This document shows, piece after piece, positions 1 to 6,960 of a stretch of 21,210 bases of DNA. The translations under genes were made by a program, and so were the position numbers. The notes beneath the pieces are model-generated. The model saw only the letters and a list, made by a program, of their open reading frames with translations. It searched no databases and was not told the origin of the DNA. Origin of the DNA: an uncultured bacterium (GTDB lineage Bacteria; SAR324; NAC60-12); assembly GCA_965662845.1 (NCBI GenBank), contig CBFIJD010000012.1, positions 27,183 to 48,392 on the forward strand, written 5' to 3'. How positions within the stretch are numbered: position 1 is the first letter of the stretch; every line of letters begins with the position of its first letter.

Positions 1-414
1 GTCGTTCAGGCGGAAGCGATAGTGCGACGCTTGGTAGCTGGCGAACGGCGTAAAGTCCAGCAGGTGAACGCCGAAGGTCGGACGCAGCCGGTCGTAGTTT
101 TCGCCCTTGGCTAATTGCTCATGATACAGCTTGCTCCAGTAGTAGAGCGTGCGCTTGGGATATTCTTGAAACTGCCGGACCTGCATCTCGACGTTAAAGA
201 CGTTGCCGTTGGCGTCGGTGGCGTGCACATCGAGGACGATGAACTTCTGGTGGATGTCTTCAGGGCGCACCTCCGGGTTGAGGACGGTGAGGCTGCCAAT
301 CGGGGTGACGTCGGTCTCAGACAAAAAGCAGTTGAGCGCGTCGCGCAGCAGGTCGGGGTGCTGCCCAAAGAGCAGCTTGAAGACCAGATCATTCTTAGGC
401 GAGAGCAGCTGCAT
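1..414 (-). CDS. Rpn-family recombination-promoting nuclease / PD-(D/E)XK putative transposase (PDDEXK_2-like), truncated by the window edge
   Basis: Hand translation from the ATG at 414: MQLLSPKNDLVFKLLFGQHPDLLRDALNCFL...KFIVLDVHATDANGNVFNVEMQVRQFQEYPKRTLYYWSKLYHEQLAKGENYDRLRPT. It has the family motifs P+ND.VFK.LF, LDV...N.EMQ and R.LYYWS. AGGAGG SD at 422-427. The frame is open to position 1. Not in the ORF track. Confidence 0.9.
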   Translation of the reverse strand, partial: MQLLSPKNDLVFKLLFGQHPDLLRDALNCFLSETDVTPIGSLTVLNPEVRPEDIHQKFIVLDVHATDANGNVFNVEMQVRQFQEYPKRTLYYWSKLYHEQLAKGENYDRLRPTFGVHLLDFTPFASYQASHYRFRLND

Positions 415-570
415 TGTTTGGCCTCCTTGATTGAGGTGACGCTGACATGGTTCGTAAGTTGAGATGATTTGGAAAGAGCAGAGCTTCTAGCGCGGAGGCC
501 ATCTGTGCTGCGGATCAGGCTGCTCCAAAGCACCTTCTCGATGAGCGGCTCTTCAACCTAGATAGCCTCT

Positions 571-1416
571 CTACCACGCAAATTCTTTTAGAAGAAAGTC
601 TGGGCGGGCTTGCTCCTCTGCCATTTTTTGGGAGAGATCTGCATCGGGCAACGCAGCGAAGATTCCGGTACGGACGAGCGCAGAAGCGCACCCAAATTTT
701 TGAGCGCCGGCGATGTCATGCTTGAGAGAGTCCCCAACGGCGACCGCTTGTTTTGGAGCAAAGGAGAGTTTGGAGCAGGTGAACTCATAGATCAACTCGC
801 TGGGCTTGCCTGTGAGACAGACGTCCCCACCTGCGGCCTGATAGGCGTCCGCGAGTTGTCCAGGGCAGGCATGAAAGCCTCCGTTGGAAAACCCCCACTG
901 ATCGGGGTTGAGGCAGATCATCGGAACCTTTCGTGCGGCTAAAGGACGTAGGTCCTGCATGTGTTTGGCGATCTTCTCCGGAGACAAATCTCCGCCCACG
1001 GCCAAAATAACCTCCGCTTCTTCGGCCTGAGCACAAGGCTTTAACCTGGTCCCTTGTAAGGCATCTTCCAGATTGTAGTGCGAGATCGCGTAACACAGCC
1101 GCTCCCCTGCAATTCCCAATTTCTCAGGAGCGTGCGCTAAGTAACTCGCAAAGACCTCTCCTGAAGTGACAATCGCCTCGAACCACTCCGGCTGAAAGCC
1201 TAGCTTCTGCATCCGCGGAGTGTTTTCTAGCACCCTGCGACTGGAATTAGAGAGCAGCACGAGCCTGCGTTGGGCGTCGCGAAGTTGCTGCAATGTCTCC
1301 ATGACGTAGGGATACGGCTCGGCGCCGTTGTGCAAGACCCCAAATTGGTCTAACAAGAAGACTTCGTAACGCTCGGCAAGTGCGGCGACGGTGGTGTAAG
1401 GAGGGATGTTGGGCAT
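571..1416 (-). CDS. HAD-superfamily class IIA hydrolase (TIGR01459-like)
   Basis: Motifs FLLDQFGVLHNG, LLSNSSR, GKP and VGDSLKHDIAGA. Start moved to the ATG at 1416 (MPNIPPY); the ORF-track extension to 1470 looks non-coding. Confidence 0.88.
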   Translation of the reverse strand: MPNIPPYTTVAALAERYEVFLLDQFGVLHNGAEPYPYVMETLQQLRDAQRRLVLLSNSSRRVLENTPRMQKLGFQPEWFEAIVTSGEVFASYLAHAPEKLGIAGERLCYAISHYNLEDALQGTRLKPCAQAEEAEVILAVGGDLSPEKIAKHMQDLRPLAARKVPMICLNPDQWGFSNGGFHACPGQLADAYQAAGGDVCLTGKPSELIYEFTCSKLSFAPKQAVAVGDSLKHDIAGAQKFGCASALVRTGIFAALPDADLSQKMAEEQARPDFLLKEFAW

Positions 1417-1497
1417 AAGAATGTAGACAAAAAGCCAGACGTTGAGGAGAAGCGCGCGCCGCGCCCCCAAGCAGGACGGCCAGACGCGCGGCTCGGT

Positions 1498-2127
1498 TTA
1501 GCCAACGGCGCGCACAGCGGCAGTGAGAAGTTCCCAGATCACAGGTGCGACAGAGATCGCGAGGAGGCCCCCCATGGCACGGTTGAACCAGCGTTGTTGC
1601 TGCGGACTTTTCAAGATTCGTTGCAAAGCCGAGCCAAATACGACCCACAGCCCGTTCAGAGGATAGATCAAGGCGAAGAAGACTAGCCCAATCGCAAAGA
1701 CTTGCGCCACAAAGTCGCCCTCTGCTGTTGTGTAGGTGGCCACTGCGCCAATCGTCATCACCCACGCTTTGGGATTCACCCACTGAAAGAGCATGGCCTG
1801 CCACAACTTCATGGGACTCCCGATCGTTGCGGCTTCCGCCGTCTGAGGCTGCGTAGTTGCGATCTTCCACGCTAACAACAACAAGTAGGCGGTCCCGGCA
1901 ACTTTGATGATTTCATAGAGCCACGGGAACCATGCAAACACCTGACTCAAGCCGAAGCCAACCGCAATGAACATGAGCGGGAAGCCCAACGCGATGCCAG
2001 TCAAGTGGGGCAACGTGCGCCGGATTCCAAAGTTGAGCCCAGAGGCCAAGAGCATCAGGTTGTTGGGGCCGGGAGTGACAAGAGTGGAGACCGCAAACAA
2101 AAACACCGCGATGATTACTTCCCACAT
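1498..2127 (-). CDS. LysE/RhtB family amino-acid exporter
   Basis: TPGPNN motif, G.AYLL.LAWK, FQWVNPKAW, about six hydrophobic segments; strong AGGAGG SD upstream. Confidence 0.92.
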   Translation of the reverse strand: MWEVIIAVFLFAVSTLVTPGPNNLMLLASGLNFGIRRTLPHLTGIALGFPLMFIAVGFGLSQVFAWFPWLYEIIKVAGTAYLLLLAWKIATTQPQTAEAATIGSPMKLWQAMLFQWVNPKAWVMTIGAVATYTTAEGDFVAQVFAIGLVFFALIYPLNGLWVVFGSALQRILKSPQQQRWFNRAMGGLLAISVAPVIWELLTAAVRAVG

Positions 2128-2149
2128 GGGCCTCCTCTAGTTGAGCGTG

Positions 2150-3061
2150 TCATCGTCGCAACACCCACAAATTCCCACCTAAAATCAATCCGACACCGAT
2201 GATCGCGGAAGGGTGCCAGACGTAACCTTCAAACCACGTGGACAAAGTCAACGCGACCAAAGGGAATAACAGCGTCGCGTAGGCCGCGCGCCCAGGGCCC
2301 ACTCTGCCGAGCAGGGTCAGATAGGCTCCAAATGCCAGAACCGAGGCGAAAACGGACAGAAAGACCAGCGATGAGACATACGGGACCGTCCACTCGAAAC
2401 GCAAGTCGGCGCCTGAGAAGATCCCCGCCGCCAACATGAGGATCCCTCCATAGAGCATGCTGTAAGCGTTCACAGGAACGACGGGCAATTGGCGACGTTG
2501 GTTGCGCGCCGACCAGATGTTGCCGAGAGATGCGCAGTAGGTCGCGAGAAATCCAAGGCCAATCGCTTGCAACCGTTCATTGCTGCCGTCCCACGCGAGC
2601 AACTCATCTCGGAACACGAGCCCGATCCCTGTCAGCCCCATGCAGGCCGCCAGCAACACTTGGGGTTCCAAGGGCGAACGCAAGAAAAGCCGCGCGTTGA
2701 AGATATTCATGACCACAACAGTGGAGAAGATCACGGCGGCGAGTCCGCTGGTGAGGTGTTCTTCCGCCCAATAAAAACAAACGTAGTTCAGCGAGAACAG
2801 CAACACCCCCAAGAGCCCAAAGGCCGCGTGATCTCCGCGAGTGAAGCGCATCGGTAAGCCACGGGCACGGCAATACGCTTGCAGAATCAATCCAGCCAAC
2901 AAGAAGCGATACGCCACAGAGAGCATCGGATCCACGACGCCTAGCTGCGATTTGATCGCCAGCCAGCTCGCTCCCCAAAACAACACCGAGGCCCCGTAGA
3001 GCGCTCCGTTGCTCTGCCAAAAAGAAAGCTCAAGCGTCGAGGTAGTCGAGGCCTTAGACAT
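2150..3061 (-). CDS. DMT/EamA family transporter
   Basis: 303 aa with about 10 hydrophobic segments; FWGASW..IK, YRF, and C-terminal L..VGPGRA...FPLVA...FEG motifs. Confidence 0.9.
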   Translation of the reverse strand: MSKASTTSTLELSFWQSNGALYGASVLFWGASWLAIKSQLGVVDPMLSVAYRFLLAGLILQAYCRARGLPMRFTRGDHAAFGLLGVLLFSLNYVCFYWAEEHLTSGLAAVIFSTVVVMNIFNARLFLRSPLEPQVLLAACMGLTGIGLVFRDELLAWDGSNERLQAIGLGFLATYCASLGNIWSARNQRRQLPVVPVNAYSMLYGGILMLAAGIFSGADLRFEWTVPYVSSLVFLSVFASVLAFGAYLTLLGRVGPGRAAYATLLFPLVALTLSTWFEGYVWHPSAIIGVGLILGGNLWVLRR

Positions 3062-3336
3062 CTGAAGTTCTCATGGGTGCCTCATGACGAGCAGGTTGCC
3101 GCTGCGACTCCAAAACGACATCAAACGCGGCACGTTGGAAGCAGAGAAAGGCGCGCGCATCATGCTCCTGCGGTGAGACGTTAAGAAAGCAGACCGATAG
3201 AAGAAGAGTGGGATGAGAGAGGCAAAGCGCGTGACAAACTCTCTGAGAAAAAGAGACGACGCCAGAAGAAACTCAAGCGCGGAGGTGTGCCGAGGCAAAC
3301 GGAAGAAGACCGTTCGCCAGCGGTGTTATGAAAAGC

Positions 3337-5238
3337 TTATTTTTTGGCGAATTGCCCGATGCCGTGGGACTCCATCGCGCCCGCGATTTCCGTCATGATA
3401 GCGGGGTCATCAATGGTGGGAGGGACAGGGACTTCTGGCTCCACAGCGAGGCGTCGAATGGTTTTGCGCAGAATTTTGCCAGAGCGCGTTTTGGGCAAAC
3501 GAGAGACAATCGCGACTTGACGGAAATAAGCCACGGCGCCGATTTCATTGCGGATGAGCTTGATCAGCTCTTGCTCCATTTGCTCTTCATTCAGATTGAC
3601 CCCGTCTTTCAACACCACGAAGCCGACGGGCACTTGACCGCGCAACTCATCATCGACGCCTACGACCGCACATTCGGCGACCGCGGCGTGTGAGCCGATC
3701 AACTCTTCCATCTCTCCGGTGGAGAGGCGGTGTCCGGCGACGTTGATGTTGTCATCGGTGCGTCCCATGACGAAGACATAGCCATCTTCGTCGATATAGC
3801 CGCCATCAGAGGTGCTGTAGTAGCCAGGGAAGTGTTCTAAATAAGCTTCTTTGAAGCGGTTGTGGTCGCCCCACAGCGTGGGCAGGCAGCTTGGGGGCAG
3901 CGGCAGCTGGATGACGATGTTGCCCTGGGTTCCTGCTGGCGCCTCGTGCCCTTCTTCATCCAGAATTTTCACGTTGTAACCAGGGGTCGGGACCGTTGCC
4001 GAGCCGCTCTTGGGTTCGTGGGGTTCGAGCCCCATAGGGTTGCCAGCGATGGCCCAACCGGTCTCGGTTTGCCACCAGTGGTCGATGATCGGCGCATCGA
4101 GGATCTCTTGCAGCCACTCATAGGTTGGGGGATCTAGACGCTCCCCAGCGAGGAAGAGGGTGCGCAGCGCGGAGATGTCGTACTTCTTCAGGAACTCGGC
4201 GTGCGGATCTTCCTTCTTGACAGCGCGGAAAGCGGTGGGGGCGGTGAAAAACAGGTTGATGTTGTGTTCTTCAATCATGCGCCAGAAGGCGCCAGGGTCT
4301 GGCGTCTTGACCGGTTTGCCTTCGTAGACAACGGTTGTGCAGCCATAGAGCAGCGGTGCGTAGACAATGTAGGAGTGTCCCACGACCCAGCCCACGTCGG
4401 AAGCGGCCCAGAACACATCCCCAGGTTTGGCGTCGTAGATCGTCTTCATGCTGTAGCGCATCGCGACCGCGTGGCCTCCGTTGTCGCGCACAACGCCTTT
4501 GGGGAGCCCTGTCGTTCCAGAAGTATAGAGGATGTAGAGTGGATCCCACGCATCCACAGGGACGGGTTCGACGGCGGGTGCGTTGGCCATCTCGGTCTCC
4601 CAGTCAAAGTCGCGGCCCGCTTGCAGCTCGGCGTTAGCTTGGGGGCGTTGGAGGACGATGACTTTCTCAGGGGGAAACTGGGCCTTCTTCATCGCCTCGT
4701 CGACTAGAGGCTTATAGGGGATGACTTTCTGAACTTCGATGCCACAGGCAGCGGTGACGAGCAATTTGGGTTTGGCGTCGTCAATGCGCACGGCCAGCTC
4801 GTGCGGGGCAAAGCCTCCAAACACAACGGAGTGAATGGCGCCCAAGCGAGCGCAAGCGAGCATCGCGATCAACGCTTCTGGGACCATGGGCATGTAGAGG
4901 ATGATGCGGTCGCCTTTGGTGGCGCCGTGAGCCTGCAAAACGCCGGCGAAGCGAGCGACCTCGTCGCGTAACTGAGTGTAGGTGTAGGTGCGTTTGGTCT
5001 CGGTGACCGGAGAGTCGTAAATGATCGCAGGTTGGTCGCCACGTCCATCTTCAATGTGGGCGTCGAGCGCAAGGTAAGAGGTGTTGAGTTGGCCACCTTC
5101 AAACCAGCGGTAGCTCTGGTTGTCATCACGGGAGAGGATTTTTTTAGGGGCAGTGAACCACTTGAGCTCATCGGCTTCGCGCTTCCAAAAGCCTTCGGGG
5201 TTTTCAATTGATTCACGAAATGCGTCTTTGTAACTCAT
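3337..5238 (-). CDS. prpE: Propionyl-CoA synthetase (acetate/propionate-CoA ligase family)
   Basis: AMP-binding motif YILYTSGTTGLPKG, SDVGWVVGHSYIVY, DHWWQTETG, GR.DD.INVAGHRLST and PKTRSGKILR. The GERLDP and VRDNGGHAVA segments are PrpE-like. Start at ATG 5238 (MSYKDAF) with GGAGG SD; the ORF-track extension overlaps the tRNA. Confidence 0.85.
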   Translation of the reverse strand: MSYKDAFRESIENPEGFWKREADELKWFTAPKKILSRDDNQSYRWFEGGQLNTSYLALDAHIEDGRGDQPAIIYDSPVTETKRTYTYTQLRDEVARFAGVLQAHGATKGDRIILYMPMVPEALIAMLACARLGAIHSVVFGGFAPHELAVRIDDAKPKLLVTAACGIEVQKVIPYKPLVDEAMKKAQFPPEKVIVLQRPQANAELQAGRDFDWETEMANAPAVEPVPVDAWDPLYILYTSGTTGLPKGVVRDNGGHAVAMRYSMKTIYDAKPGDVFWAASDVGWVVGHSYIVYAPLLYGCTTVVYEGKPVKTPDPGAFWRMIEEHNINLFFTAPTAFRAVKKEDPHAEFLKKYDISALRTLFLAGERLDPPTYEWLQEILDAPIIDHWWQTETGWAIAGNPMGLEPHEPKSGSATVPTPGYNVKILDEEGHEAPAGTQGNIVIQLPLPPSCLPTLWGDHNRFKEAYLEHFPGYYSTSDGGYIDEDGYVFVMGRTDDNINVAGHRLSTGEMEELIGSHAAVAECAVVGVDDELRGQVPVGFVVLKDGVNLNEEQMEQELIKLIRNEIGAVAYFRQVAIVSRLPKTRSGKILRKTIRRLAVEPEVPVPPTIDDPAIMTEIAGAMESHGIGQFAKK

Positions 5239-5267
5239 CGTTCCTCCCGGTTGAGATTGTGCAGAAG

Positions 5268-5366
5268 TGGCGGAGATGGGCTGGAATCGAACCAACCAGA
5301 GACTGGATTAGAGCCTCACACGCGGGTTTGAAGTCCGGGGCGCCCACCAGTGACGCATCCATCTCC
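5268..5366 (-). tRNA. selC: tRNA-Sec (anticodon UCA), with non-canonical pairs in the D, anticodon and variable arms
   Basis: Minus strand reads GGAGATGG AT GCGTCAC TGGT GGGCGC C CCGGA CTTCAAA CCCGC G TGT GAGGCT CTAATCC AGTCTC TG GTTGG TTCGATT CCAGC CCATCTCC GCCA (99 nt). It has an 8-bp acceptor stem, 5-bp T stem, long variable arm, UCA anticodon (5329-5331), G discriminator and encoded CCA, i.e. the bacterial 8/5 tRNA-Sec fold. Confidence 0.92.
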
Positions 5367-5377
5367 AAAAGCGCCCG

Positions 5378-5406
5378 AATATGCAGGAAGGTCGGGAAAA
5401 TGTCCA
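5378..5406 (-). promoter_or_regulatory. Probable sigma70 promoter of selC (and possibly prpE)
   Basis: TGGACA (5401-5406), 17-nt spacer, CATATT (5378-5383), then a GC-rich discriminator CGGGCGC just before the tRNA 5' end, as in stable-RNA promoters. Confidence 0.6.
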
Positions 5407-5453
5407 GCAGGCGAAGGTGCCTGTGCAGGCCGAAGGCTACCGGTCTTCTGAGC

Positions 5454-6920
5454 TTAGCGGCTGCTCTTCCAAAAGGAGGGATAGAACAAAATCACAATCG
5501 TGAGGATATCCAAGCGCCCGGCCAGCATCACCAGCGAGAGGAACCACGTCGCTGCGTCCGAGAGGTGTGCGTAGTTCTCTGTCGGGCCAATGTCTCCAAA
5601 AGCGGGGCCTGTGTTCCAGAGCGACGCGATCATCACATTGAACGAAGACCACCAGTCTGTGTCTGGAGACACGAAGGTAATGAACACACTTCCGACAAGC
5701 AGCATGTGCAGATGGAGCGCGATGAGCCCGAGGATGTTGTTCACCAGCGACATCTCTAGCGCGCGCCCATCCACGTTGATCGTCTTGACGGAGAACGGGC
5801 GAGCCATGCGCAAGATCATGCGATTCGCAAAGCGGAAGAAGACGACGACGTGAATGATGCGGATGCCGCTCGTTGTAGAGCCGGAGCAAGCGGCAATGAA
5901 CAAGCAGAAGAAAATGAGGAGCTGAGCCGTCGCAGACCACAGCTCGTAATCGGCGGTGGCGTATCCGGTAGTCGTGAGAATGGAGAGCACCTGAAAGAAG
6001 CCATAGCGCATCGCCTCGGTAAATTGCGCGTAATAGTCTCCCCACCACAAAAAGAAAGAGACGCTCATCCCTAACAAGAAGCAGATCAAGAAGTAGTAAG
6101 TCAGCTCGGTGCTGTTCCACAGCGCTCTCCAGTTCCCCCGCAAGGCTTGGTAATGGAGCACAAAGTCCGCGCCCGCCAAAAACATGAACAGCGTGATCAC
6201 CCAGTCCAGATAGGCGCTGTTAAAGCCGCCCACGCTGGCGTTGTTGGTCGAGTAGCCACCGGTGGCGATCGTGCTAAACGCGTGACAGGCGGCGTCGTAT
6301 ACCGACATCCCACCGAGCCACAGTAAGATCGCGCAAACGACATTCAACAGGATGTAGATGCCCCACAACCACTTCATCGTGAGTCGGATGTTCGGCATGA
6401 TCTTGCCGCTGGTCGCCCCTTGACCCGGCGCAGACTCAATACGATACATTTGCAGGTTCCCTGTTCCCACATACGAGAAGAGCAGCAGATACAGCCCAAT
6501 CATGCCCATGCCGCCGATGAAGTGCATCAGCTGTCGCCAAAAGAGGAGCCCTCTGGGCAGCGCCTCGATGTCACTGAGGATCGTAGACCCTGTCGTCGTG
6601 AGGCCAGACATGGCCTCAAAATACGCATTGGTGAAGGAGGGAACCGCGCCGTGAAGATAAAACGGCAGAGCCCCAAAGAAGACGACGATGAACCAGCCAA
6701 AGGTGACGATCAGGACGGCGTCGCGGAAGCTGAGATCGCGCGCGTTGCGATTGAGCCAGAAGATTGGCACACCGCAGAGGGCGGATGCGGCGATAGTAGT
6801 CAAGAGGGCGTCAGCGTCTCCTCCGTTGTTGTAGAGGGCGATGACGTAGGGGAGCAGCATGATGCCTGCGAGGAACAGGAGCATCATGCCAATGTTTTTC
6901 AGAGTTGGGTTGGGTTTCAT
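5454..6920 (-). CDS. trkH: TrkH-family potassium uptake membrane subunit
   Basis: Four pore motifs (FEAMSGLTTTG, FSTIATGG, LTTTGY, WNTGP), LLFWR....IGGMG, and terminal MLAGRLDI. Confidence 0.93.
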   Translation of the reverse strand: MKPNPTLKNIGMMLLFLAGIMLLPYVIALYNNGGDADALLTTIAASALCGVPIFWLNRNARDLSFRDAVLIVTFGWFIVVFFGALPFYLHGAVPSFTNAYFEAMSGLTTTGSTILSDIEALPRGLLFWRQLMHFIGGMGMIGLYLLLFSYVGTGNLQMYRIESAPGQGATSGKIMPNIRLTMKWLWGIYILLNVVCAILLWLGGMSVYDAACHAFSTIATGGYSTNNASVGGFNSAYLDWVITLFMFLAGADFVLHYQALRGNWRALWNSTELTYYFLICFLLGMSVSFFLWWGDYYAQFTEAMRYGFFQVLSILTTTGYATADYELWSATAQLLIFFCLFIAACSGSTTSGIRIIHVVVFFRFANRMILRMARPFSVKTINVDGRALEMSLVNNILGLIALHLHMLLVGSVFITFVSPDTDWWSSFNVMIASLWNTGPAFGDIGPTENYAHLSDAATWFLSLVMLAGRLDILTIVILFYPSFWKSSR

Positions 6921-6960
6921 GGAGAGAAGAGGGGGCTAAGGAGCAGCTCCCCCCAAGGGC

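Noticed and set aside
111..533. ORF-track ORFs 111..533 (-), 115..462 (+) and 203..430 (+)
   Set aside because: They are off-frame or antisense shadows of the Rpn-family gene at 1..414 (-), which has the SD and the family motifs.
3071..3398. ORFs 3071..3298 (-) and 3213..3398 (+) in the 275-bp gap between prpE and the EamA gene
   Set aside because: No convincing SD or recognisable motif; the composition reflects a purine/pyrimidine strand skew. I also found no riboswitch or clear terminator here by eye.
1..5268. Genomic island integrated at the selC 3' end
   Set aside because: selC is a known integration site, but there is no integrase next to it, I saw no duplicate of the tRNA 3' end, and the downstream genes are ordinary metabolic and transport genes.
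5239..5295. N-terminal extension of prpE in the ORF track
   Set aside because: It overlaps the tRNA; ATG 5238 has a proper SD and gives a typical length.
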